NCBI RefSeq assembly: GCF_963921235.1
Contig: NC_086108.1
Span: forward strand, 76,944,001 to 77,008,000
Source of the DNA: Mobula hypostoma
Lineage: Eukaryota
Length of the DNA: 64,000 bases
Reading direction: 5' to 3'
Every line of letters begins with the position of its first letter. Positions within the stretch are counted from its first letter, which is position 1. Positions 25,815-36,623 of the stretch are shown in pieces. Made by a program: the position numbers and the translations under genes. Under the pieces are notes generated by a model. The model saw only the letters and a program-made list of their open reading frames with translations. It had not been told where the DNA came from and searched no databases.

Positions 25815-27069
25815 TTTGAACCATTATTCACCTGCAAATGATGACAAGAAAGGGAAATTCTACATAAATTGAACCTTACCAATGTGCATACACACTGTTT
25901 AAAAAAATATTTTGGGGTCTAGACACGAGAGTCTAATGCCATATTGTCCCCACAATTTGTTAGGCCAGGCAGCAATATATTACTAACTGTACAATGTAAT
26001 TGTGTTTCTCTGTTCAACTGCTCTTGGTCCCTTGATTTAGAAGACAGGAAATTGTGCTGTTATGGGGATGCTGACAATTTGCTGCCATTAAAATTTTGTT
26101 CTAGTATGTTTCTTTTGATCTTTTTGTTAAATACTAATGAAAGTCAAATTTCCTTTTTTTAATCTTTGCTGAACTGTTGATTGGATTGACTTGGCTCAGA
26201 ATATTTGACATTTTCAACTCCTGTATATCCATGATGTCTAAAATCTTAAAAAAGAAGATAAGACATGATTTTGTTTGCATTTCACCATACTCTCCAGATG
26301 CTTCAAAGTTCTTCTGCAAATGCAGATTTCTTTTTTTTTGAAATGCAATTCTCATTACTTTACCATTCTAATATATGAGCAGCAAGCTTAAGTGAATTAC
26401 AAAATAAATGATGTTGTTTTATAAAGAATTGTTTTCCAGAAATCTGAAGTATCGGTATTCTGTTTTTTTTGAACCACCTCTTGGAATCTTCTGCATGCAA
26501 GTCAATTGGCAGTTATGTTAAATCTCTCATCCAAAGGCTAGCACCCTAAAGGTTCATACTTGGAGCCAAAGTGTACAATGACTTCAGTAGCCTTTAGCCT
26601 AGTGGCTAAAGAAGTCTGTATTTTTGGTGAGGAAAGGCAATAGAGCTGGCTTTGATTTCTTTTTAACTTCTCAGCAGGTGCTGAGCTAGACTTTTATATT
26701 TTATTGACCTTTTCCATGAACAATATGAAATGAAAACCTTTTGGGGGAAAAACTCACTTGAGCCAAGGAACCTGAATAAAACATTGTATATGTCAGCTAA
26801 AATTCAGTTGCCACATTAGGAGTCTTGCTGCTGTGTAGAGGATTACACAGTATATTTGTCCTTTAGCCAACATTATCATTGCTGAAACATTACCCTCAAC
26901 ATTACCGTTACCTTCAGATAGCAGATCTGTGCATGGTACATTGTTGGAGATTTATTAGAAACATTTGGTACACGGGCGGTACAGTTCACTGTGAGGATGT
27001 ACTGTACTGAAGACTTTTGGTGGGTTATACATTAACCACTTCCTTAAGTACTGGCCAACCAACAGGTTA

Positions 27070-27375
27070 CAGGCTGTACCGTGTTAGAACCGCTGACATA
27101 GGGCAATATATGAACCCATTTCTGTAATGTTAAATCCCAAAGTCCCATGTACCTTCATGCATTTGTTCCAATAAAGAGCAGAACTAGTTTCCTCACTTTT
27201 TTTCCATTTCTAGTAATTGTTCCTTATTATTGGGTACTTTTGATGCTGTTTATTATATTACTGTGGAGGTTTGGTTACCATATTGAGAGCTTTCGTGTAT
27301 TTTCTGATTTATGGACAAAATTGACTTATGGACATTTGTAAATAGGGAACATGAGCATTACCCAGGGATAGTTTG
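27070..27375. mobile_element. Old Tigger-like MITE, same family as 11455-11757
   Basis: ta-caggctgtaccgtgtta ... ttacccagggatagtttg-ta, with the shared subterminal ttctgatttatggacaaaattgacttatggac. Confidence 0.45.
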
Positions 27376-27595
27376 TAGTTGGGTTTGCTGAAGTTTATTT
27401 GTCCTCTTCCAAAGATAATTCTAACCTAATGAAGCAGAGCTAATATCAAAGCCTAACAGATCAGTTTTGTAAGCGTATTGTTTACAAATCAGCCCCTGTA
27501 AAGTTTTATGCATATTTGAATTATATTTGGGTTTTGAAAATATATTTCCTGAAAGAACATTGATAGTAAACCCTTGTTTGTTTCTTGTCTTTTAG

Positions 27596-27720
27596 CACGG
27601 ATAGGGAAAAACAAGAGGAAGAAGGCCTCAGAGGATGGCCAGGTATGTCCACTATGCAATGAGACGCTTTCTGGATCTATGGAGGACATGAGTAGACATG
27701 TGGAAGCCTGCCTGGACAAG
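27596..27720 (+). CDS. rnf220: RNF220 internal coding exon (ARIGKNKRKKASEDGQ-VCPLCNETLSGSMEDMSRHVEACLDK)
   Basis: Pyrimidine tract plus tttag acceptor (AG 27594-95) and donor AAG|gtagtt at 27721. Phase 1 in, phase 0 out. Peptide resembles the recalled RNF220 segment ARIGKMKRRKQDEGQ and joins in frame to the 44801 exon. A second donor CAG|gtatgt lies at 27643. Confidence 0.93.
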
Positions 27721-28479
27721 GTAGTTGATGGGCATGTTGAAACATCAACAAGTCTTTTTTTTTTCTTTGAACCATATCAGAAGGCTCGTTTATAACATTT
27801 GTAGATGTTTTATTAGCCTATGAATATATTTCTATTCTTGTAGTTCCTTCACAGTGCTCCCAGTATCACCCCTCTTCCCATTAGTAATATCCCCAGTAAA
27901 TGGCACCGAATCTCTTTGCTGCTTTGGAACCGAAGACCGTACTTGCACCACTGCTGCACCTCGCCTTTCCAGCTAACATCTTGACTCCCTCAAATTCAGC
28001 ATGCCTGTTCCACATCCTTCCGTCTTTATTTGTTACTTAAACTCTTGCTGCCATCACAGAAGTTCTTTGCTTCCTTCCTTCATCATTTGTCACCAAGTAA
28101 TGAAAACATATAATATGGTTAAATTCCAGCTCTTACCGTCCTCTCAAAAAATTGCTATCTAGTTCATCTTCCAAGTATCCATCCTCCAAGGTTTCTAATC
28201 TTCCGAGTGCTTATGAGCCATTTGTAAACCAGAGCCCTCTGCTTTACTGGCCTTGAAAAATGCATTGTTTAAATTACCCCAGATCCTCCCATTATCATCT
28301 TCTATGCCCTCAAAGGATAATACTGCATCTTAAGTTAGCACTGTTGTTTTCACATACCTATCTTTCTGCTTGTAAGTTCTGGAGCAGTCCTCATCTCCCC
28401 ACCTTGCATGACCTTACTTTCTTTTTACTTCTTTCCCAATTCAATATTAGAACAAAGCATTGGCTGTTTGATGCCACCC

Positions 28480-28662
28480 AACCCCTTGATTTCACCCCAC
28501 CTTCCACCTATTCCCCTTTCGTGCTGCTACCTACCTGCTGTAACACAATCAACACACATGAAATCTGGAGAAACATCGATGCCACCTGACCTGCTGAGTA
28601 CCTCCAGCATTTTGTGTGTGTTGCTTGGATATCCAGCATCTGCAGATTTTTTCTTATTTGCT
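28480..28662 (+). mobile_element. Penelope 3' (pLTR) fragment
   Basis: gatgccacctgacctgctgagtacctccagcattttgtgtgtgttgc...ccagcatctgcagatt matches 36640-36715. Confidence 0.75.
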
Positions 28663-30095
28663 GCAACACTGTTTTTTCTAATTTCTTCGTGTATATCCTG
28701 GGCTTCAATATAAGGTAAGAATTAAAACTTAACACAAGCTAAAAAGATGTAATAATCAACTTCGTTATTGCAGTTTCTAAAAAAATATGCATATAATTTG
28801 AAGAAGAGAAGAATAGTGTTTTCATACTATTATGTGATACCAATGATTTAATTTATCTGATAACTAGAAAAAAAAAGTGACCTGATATGCCAGAGTATAT
28901 CTTTGTAGCTGTTGTGAACTAATGTTATCAACTGGTGGTATAAATTATTTCCATATTTAAGTATTCATCACCCTAAAAGTACTGGATTGTGTCTAATGTC
29001 AATTTCTGTTTGGCAGTTCAAATATCTGCAAAAAAGTAATATTGTGCGCCAGCATATTACAAAATCTTAATTGGTACTCCTATTGAGACAGAGTTGTCTT
29101 TAATATGGGTAGCTATTAACTTTTATTTGAACTTGCTCATTACTTAATTGACTTTAATTGGACTTAAAGAAACAAACATGCATTTCATCTGATAAATACA
29201 ATATTGTTTTCATGTGGCATAGTATTCCATTATATAAGAACAACATTTGATTTGGTTTTAAACAGTGCAGTAGAGGGCTGAAGATGGAACAATTAGAAAG
29301 GAGGATATATGACTCTTACAACTTCTGCTAATGGAAATTCCCATTTGTACCAGTTAATCTATGGCCAGACAAATATCATGATGCTGACTTAAAGTGGGGT
29401 CAGAGCAGAGCATATGGATCTTGGGTAGTAGACTGGTAGTCCAAGGATGTGGAGGCTTATCTTAATGCTGGACTCTCTCCTGGAGTCTGGATTGGATTCA
29501 TTGTCTGAATTGTGCATTGCATTGGGAGTCCCTTGACAGCACATGTAGTCTGTTCATTGAGAAGTAGTTCTGGCTGTGGTTATTCTGATTGCAGTGAGGA
29601 GTAGGGATGGAAATATCAAAGGGTAACATAAGAAAAAGTAAAGGAGTAGGGGCTCTTATGGCTGCAGTACTGTATTACTGTGTTAAGGAACTGGAGCTGA
29701 AGCTAGATGATCTACGGATCTTTCGGGAAGCTGAGGAGTTAATAAACAGGAGCTAAAGGGAGGCAGTCACACCAAACTTGCAAGGGTCATAGAACTGGGT
29801 GACTATCAGGAGAGGGAAAGGGAATAGGCAGAAAATGTATTGTGACCATTCTCCTCAATAACAAGCATACCACTTTGGAATCTGTTGGTGGGAAGACCTA
29901 CTGGGAGAAAGCTGCAGCGACTGGGTCTCTGGTACTGAACTTGGCTTTGTGGCTCAGTAGGGAAGGGCGGAAAAGGGCAGGAGTGATAGAGAATTCGAAG
30001 ATTTAAGAGAAACAGGAGCTTCTGTGGACATGAAAGACTCCGGGATGAAATGTTGTTTTCCAGGCGTCAGGATCAGAGACACAGCTCAGGCTTCA

Positions 30096-30893
30096 CAAGT
30101 CAAGTCAAGTCACTTTTTATTGTCATTTCAACCATAACTGCTGGTACAGAACATAGTAAAAATGAGGCAGTATTTTCCAGGACCATGGTGCTACATGAAA
30201 CAATACAAAAACTACACTGAACTACGTAAGAAAAAAAAACTACACTAGACTACAGTCCTTTCCAGGACTGCATAAAGTTCACAAAACAGTGCAGGCACTA
30301 CAATAAATAATAATAAATAATAAACAAGACAGTAGGCACAGTAGAGGGTATAGTAGGTTGGTGCCAGTCCAGGCTCTGGGTATTGAGGAGTCTGATGGCT
30401 TGGGGGAAGAAACTGTTACATAGTCTGGTAGTGAGAGCACGAATGCTTGGGTGCCTTTTTCCAGATGGCAGGAGGGAGAAGAGTTTATATGAGGGGTGCG
30501 TGGGGTCCTTCATAATGTTGTTTGCTTTGCGGATGCAGCATGTGGTGTAAATGTCTGTGATGGCGGGAAGAGAGACCCTGATGATCTTCTCAGCTGTCCT
30601 CACTATCCACTGCAGGGTCTTGTGATCTGAGATGGTGCAATTTCCGAACCAGGCAGTGATGCAGCTGCTCAGGATGCTCTCAATACAGCCTCTGTAGAAT
30701 GTGGTGAGGATGGGGGGTGGGAGATGGACTTTTCTCAGCCTTCGCAGAAAGTAGAGACGCTGCTGGGCTTTCTTTGCTATGGAGCTGGTGTTGAGGGACC
30801 AGGTGAGATTCTCTGCCAGGTGAACACCAAGAAATTTGGTGCTCTTAATGATCTCTATGGAGGAGTCGTCGATGTTCAGCGGAGAGTGGTCGC
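30096..30893 (-). mobile_element. Young 5'-truncated Rex1/Babar LINE inside CR1 ORF1
   Basis: Open ORF 30298-30960 ([14 protein letters not shown]...[13 protein letters not shown]...[11 protein letters not shown]...NSFFPQAIRLLN). (TTGAC)n tail seen as caagtcaagtcaagtca. Confidence 0.92.
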
Positions 30894-31644
30894 TTAAGGG
30901 ATTGGGGTTGGTGGACGGTAAGCATCCAGAAGTCATGATAGGTATTGGTAACAACGACATAACTAGGAAAAGGGATGTAGAAAGCTGAAAAACAGGACCT
31001 CAAGGATAGTGATCTCTGGATTACTACCAGCGAGCTAAGAATAGAATAATATGACAGATGAATGTGTGGCTGAAGAATTGGTGCAGAGCCAGGGTTTCAG
31101 GTGTATGGATCATTACGATCTCTTCCGGCGAAGGTAAAACCTGTACGAAAGGAACAGGTTATATTTGAATTCAAGAGGAACCAATATCCTTGTGGGCAGG
31201 GTTACGAGAGCTGTTAGGGTGCATTTAAACTAGTTCAGCAGGAGGATGGGAACCAGTGATAGATGATGGAGCAGTCGGTTAAAGGTAGAGACTGTGAGGA
31301 AGGCTAGGCAGTGGATAGGGTACAATTAGTTGAATGGTTTGAAATGTACTTAATGCACAAAATGTCAAGAACAAGGGTGATTGACATAGTGCGTAGATCA
31401 GTATGTGGACATTACAGAGACTTGGCTGACAGAAGGGCAGGAATAGCTGCTGGTTGTCCTGGGGTTTAGAAGTTTCAAAGAGGATAAGGAGTGAGGTAAA
31501 AGAAGTGGGGAAGTGGCATTGCTATCAAACATAGTATCACAGCTGTAGGAAGGGGAGACATTGTGGAGAGATTGTTTACTGAGTCATTGTGAGTGGAAGT
31601 CAGAAACAGCAAGGGAGCAATCATACTGCTTGGAGCATTCTATT

Positions 31645-31932
31645 AAAATTATTCGCTATATTTGTCGAATGAACATCAAAACATCGAAAAATACTCTGAA
31701 ATTCATAATTTTGCACGAGCAACCAACACAGCATGAGGATTGTGCTGGGGGAAGCCCGCAAGTGTGGCAGACTTCTGCCTGCAATGTAGTATGCAACAAC
31801 TCACTAACCATATGTCTTTTTGGAATATGGGAAAAAACCCGAGTACCTGGAGGAAACCCACACAGTCACAGGGAGAACGTACAAACTCCTTATAAACAGT
31901 GATGGGAATTGAACCCTGATTGGTGATTGCCT
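31645..31932 (-). mobile_element. V-SINE inside CR1
   Basis: Reverse complement of the V-domain: acctggaggaaacccacacagtcacagggagaacgtacaaactcc...gggaattgaaccc. Confidence 0.8.
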
Positions 31933-32449
31933 ATTGAGCAGAGAACTGAGGAGCAGATCAGTAGACAGAGTTTGGAAATGTGAAAAAATAACAGGGTTGT
32001 TTTCATGGGTGACTTCAACTTCCTTGATATTGATTAGCACCTTCTTAGTGCTAGAGCATAAGTGGGATATGTTTAGGAAGTAAAAATTAGACAGGGATCT
32101 TGAGGTTTATAAGATTGCCAGGAAGGAACTTAAGAATAGATTTAGGAGAGCTAGAAGAGGGCATGAGAAGGTCTTAGCAATTAGGATTAAGGAAAACTCC
32201 AAGACATTCTACATGTACTTGAGGAACAGGAGGATGACAAGAGTGAGGTTAGGACTGACCAGGGATAAAAGAGAAACATGCTTTGGAGTCAGGAGAAGTA
32301 GGGAGGTCCTGTGAATGCTTCAGTATTCACAGAAGAGGGGGACTTTGACAAATGTGAGGTCACTGTAGAACAGGCTAATATGCATGAGCATATTGAAGTT
32401 AAGAAAGAGGATGCAACTATCGAAAAACGTTACGGCTGAGCAGAATATA

Positions 32450-32726
32450 TACACAAGAGATTCTGCAGGTGCTGGAAAGCCACAAATGCTATAGGAACTC
32501 GACCGGTCAGGCAGAATCTATGGAAAGCAATAAACAGTCGATGTTGTAGGCCAAGACCCTTCATCAGGACTGGAAAGTAAGGGGTAAGAAGCCAGAATTA
32601 GAAGGTGGGGGAGGGGAAGCTAGAAGGTGATAGGTGAAGTCAGGTGGGGAGAGGGGAGGAGCAGTGAAGTGAGATTCTGAGAGGTTGATGGGTGGAAAAG
32701 GTAAAGGGTTGAAGAAGAAAGAATCT
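32450..32726 (-). mobile_element. Penelope pLTR fragment inside CR1
   Basis: acacaagagattctgcaggtgctgga...cagtcgatgttgtaggccaagacccttcatcaggactgg. The hammerhead core is degraded (GAAA to ACAA). Confidence 0.8.
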
Positions 32727-34483
32727 TCTTCACATCTAGCAGGCAATCTACTGGAGAGAATTCTTAGTGACAGAATTTATCAGCACTTGGAGAAGCATAT
32801 TAGGGATTAGGGAGAGTCAGTATGGTTTTGTGAGAGGCAGGTCATACGTCATGAGCTGGATTGACTTTTTGAGGGGGTTACAAAACAAGTTGATGAAGGT
32901 AGAGCAGTGGATATGGTGTATGTGTGGACTTTAGTAAGGCATTCAACAAGGTTCCCCATGGTAGGTTCATTCAGAAAGTCGGGAGACGTGGGATTCAGGG
33001 AACCTTGACTGCACGAACTCAGACTACAGAAGACAGAGGGTGGTAGTAGATGGAATGCATTTTGCCTGGAGGTCAGTGACCAGTGGTGTTCTACAGGACT
33101 CTGTTCTAGGACCCCTTTTCTTTATGGTTTTTATAATAACTTGGATGAGGAAGTGGAAGGGTAGGTTACTATGTTTGTAGTTGATAAGAGGTTGGTTGGG
33201 GGTGATGTAGAAAGTTGTCATAGGTTATAACAGGACATTGATCGGACACAGAGCACAAGATCAAGTTTAATTATCATTCAACCTTGCTTTAATATAGCCA
33301 AACAAAACAGCGTTCCTCCAGGACCGAGATGAAAAACAAATTACCAACAGCACAAAGCACCAGCACAAATAGCACATACACTTACAGTGGCATGCAAAAG
33401 TTTGGGCACCCCGGTCAAAATTTCTGTTACTGTGAATAGTTAAGTGAGTAGAAGTTCAACTGATCTCCAAACGTCATAAAGTTAAGATGAAACATTCTTT
33501 TCAACATTTTAAGCAAGATTATTTTTGTTTTGTACAGTTTTAGAGTGAAAAAAAGGAAGGGAGCACCATGCAAAAGTTTGGGTACCCCAAGAGATTTGAG
33601 CTCTCAGATAACTTTTACCAACATCTCAGACCTTCATCAGCGTGTTAGGGCTATGGCTTGTTCACAGTCATCGTTAGGAAAGGCCAGGTTATGCAAATTT
33701 CAAAGCTTTATAAATACCCTGACTCCTCAAACCTTGTCCCAACAATCACCAGCCATGGGCTCCTCTAAACAGCTGCCTAGCACTCTGAAAATTAAAATAA
33801 ATGATGCCCACAAAGCAGGAGAAGGCTATAGGAAGATAGCAAAGAGTTTTCAGGTAGCCATTTCCTCAGTTCGTAATGTACGCCCTATCCTCGTTATATG
33901 CGTCTTCAGACAATGCGGATTCACAGTTATGCGAGGAACCTATTTCTACCAACTTCTCATCATATGCATCCAAAACTCACAGTTATGTGAGGAGCTCTGC
34001 TTTCCCACCAATACAAGTCACGTGTGCACGCATCACAGTCTCACTACCGCCATTCTTGCATTGGTTTTGGCAGCGTATGGATGTGCGATCTTGTGCTCTT
34101 AAACTTTTGTGTTTTTACCTACGGTGCAGTGATTTTGTGCTTGAAATATTTAATTATGCCTCCTAAGCGTCTGATGTCAAGTCCTGGGCCATCAGCCAAG
34201 CGGCTGAGAACCGCTTTAACACTTGGAAAAAAGGTTGGAAATTATGAACAGGGCGGCATCAGGTGAAGGTAACGCAGCTCTGGGACTCTACCCTGTGCAC
34301 TTGTGGGCTATGATAGCTGAGGTAGGCATCACACTGAAGCAGGTGTTTAATGTAGACGAGTCCTGGCTTTTTTGGAAGTGTATGCTGAAGCGCACTTACA
34401 TAAGTAAGGATGAAAAAACTGCAACACATATTAAAGTTGCTGGTGAACGCAACAGGCCAGGCAGCATCTCTAGGGAGAGGTAC

Positions 34484-34519
34484 AGTCAACGTTTCAGGCC
34501 GAGACCCTTCGTCAGGAGT
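34484..34519 (-). ncRNA. Minimal hammerhead ribozyme motif in the inverted pLTR copy
   Basis: Reverse complement reads ACTC-CTGACGA-AGGGTCTCGGCCT-GAAAC-GTT-GACT. Confidence 0.65.
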
Positions 34520-36587
34520 AACTGAAGGAAGAGTAAGTAAGAGATTTGAAAGTGGGAGGGGGAGGGGGAGATCCAAAATGATAGGAGAAGACAGGAGGGG
34601 GAGGGATGGAACCAAGAGCTGGACAGTTGATTGGCAAAGGGGATATGAGAGGATCATGGGACAGGAGGCCTGGGGAGAAAGACAAGGGGTGGGCGGGGGG
34701 AACCCAGAGGATGGGCAAGGGGTATAGTCAGAGGGACAGAGGGAGAAAAAGGAGAGTGAGAGAAAGAATGTATGTATAAAAATAAATAACGGATGGGGTA
34801 CGAGGGGGAGGTGGGGCATTAGCCGAAATTAGAGAAGTTGATGTTCATGCCATCAGGTTGGAGGCTACCCAGACGGAATATAAGGTGTTGTTCCTCCAAC
34901 CTGAGTGTGGCTTCATCTTTACAGTGGAGGAGGCCGTGGATAGACATGTCAGAATGGGAATGGGATGTCCAGTCCCTATATACTTCCATCCCCCATCAGG
35001 AAGGTCTCAAAGCTCTCCGTTTCTTTTTGGATTCCAGACCTAATCAGTTCCCCTCTACTACCACTCTGTTCCGTCTAGTGGAATTAGTCCTTACTCTTAA
35101 TAATTTCTCCTTTGGCTCCTCCCACTTCCTCCAAACTAAAGGTGTAGCTATGGGCACCCGTATGGGTCCAAGCTATACCTGCCTTTTTGTTGGCTTTGTG
35201 GAACAATCTATGTTCCGTACCTATTCTGGTATCTGACCCCACTTTTCCTTCGCTACATCGATGACTGTATTGGCGCTGCTTCCTGCACGCATGCTGAGCT
35301 CGTTGACTTTATTAACTTTGCCTCCAACTTTCACCCTGCCCTCAAGTTTACCTGCTCCATTTCCGACACCTCCCTCCCCTTTCTAGATCATGTCTACTAT
35401 AAGCCGACTGACTCTCACAGCTATCTGGACTATTCCTCTTCTCACCCTGTCTCTTGCAAAAACGCCATCCCCTTCTCGCAATTCCTCCGTCTCCGCCGCA
35501 TCTGCTCTCAGGATGAGGCTTTTCATTCCAGGACGAGGGAGATGTCCTCCTTTTTTAAAGAAAGGGGCTTCCCTTCCTCCACCATCAACTCTGCTCTCAA
35601 ATGCATCTCCCCCATTTCACGCACACCTGCTCCCACTCCATCCTCCCGCCACCCCACTAGGAATAGGGTTCCCCTGGTCCTCACCTACCACCCCACCAGC
35701 CTCCGGGTCCAACATATTATTCTCCGTAACTTCCACCATCTCCAACGAGATCCAACCACGAAGCACATCTTTCCTGCCCCCCCCCCCCGCTTTCCGCAGG
35801 GATCGCTCCCTATGCGACTCCCTTGTCCGTTCGTCCCCCCCATCCCTCCCCACTGATCTCCCTCCTGGCACTTATCCTTGTAAGTGGAACAAGTGCTACA
35901 CGTGCCCTTACACTTCGTCCCTTACCACCATTCAGGACCCCAGATAGTCCTTCCAGGTGAGGCGACACTTCACCTGTGAGTTGGCTGGGGTGATATACTG
36001 CGTCCGGTGCTCCCGATGTGGCCTTCTATGTATTGGCGAGACCCGACGCAGACTGGGAGACTGCTTTGCTGAACACCTACGCTCTGTCCGCCAGAGAAAG
36101 CAGGATCTCCCAGTGGCCACTCATTTTAATTCCACACCCCACTCCCATTCTGACATGTCTATCCACGGCCTCCTCTACTGTAAAGATGAAACCACACTCA
36201 GGTTGGAGGAACAACACCTTATATTCCGTCTGGGTAGCCTCCAACCTGATGGCATGAACATCGACTTCTCTAACTTACGCTAATGCCCCACCTCCCCCTT
36301 GTACCCCATCCGTTATTTATTTTTATACACACATTCTTTCTCTCACTCTCCTTTTTCTCCCTCTGTCCCTCTGACTATACCCCTTGCCCATCCTCTGGGT
36401 TCCCCCCGCCCACCCCTTGTCTTTCTCCCCAGGCCTCTTGTCCCATGATACTCTCATATCCCCTTTGCCAATCACCTGACCAGCTCTTGGCTCCATCCCT
36501 CCCCCTCCTGTCTTCTCCTATCATTTTGGATCTCCCTCTCCCCCTCCCCCTCCCACTTGAAATCTCTTACTAACTCTTCCTTCAGTT

Positions 36588-36623
36588 AGTCCTGACGAAG
36601 GGTCTCGGCCTGAAATGTCGACT
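36588..36623 (+). ncRNA. Minimal hammerhead ribozyme motif in Penelope pLTR, sense to rnf220
   Basis: AGTC-CTGACGA-AGGGTCTCGGCCT-GAAA-T-GTC-GACT: stem I AGTC/GACT, CUGANGA and GAAA boxes, GUC site, no stable helix III. Confidence 0.7.

Noticed and set aside
1..27595. Upstream RNF220 exons (e.g. the TFLRVRANRQTRLN-like micro-exon)
   Set aside because: Not found by eye. They probably lie before the window, but a short exon could have been missed; TBLASTN would settle it.
33530..34102. 190-aa ORF as an intact or novel transposase
   Set aside because: Chimera of the Tc1 leader and N-terminus reading into the Tigger TIR region.
34259..34819. 186-aa Pro/Leu/Ser-rich ORF and its mirror at 36283-36573
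   Set aside because: Translations of the pyrimidine-rich Penelope 3' repeat; not genes.
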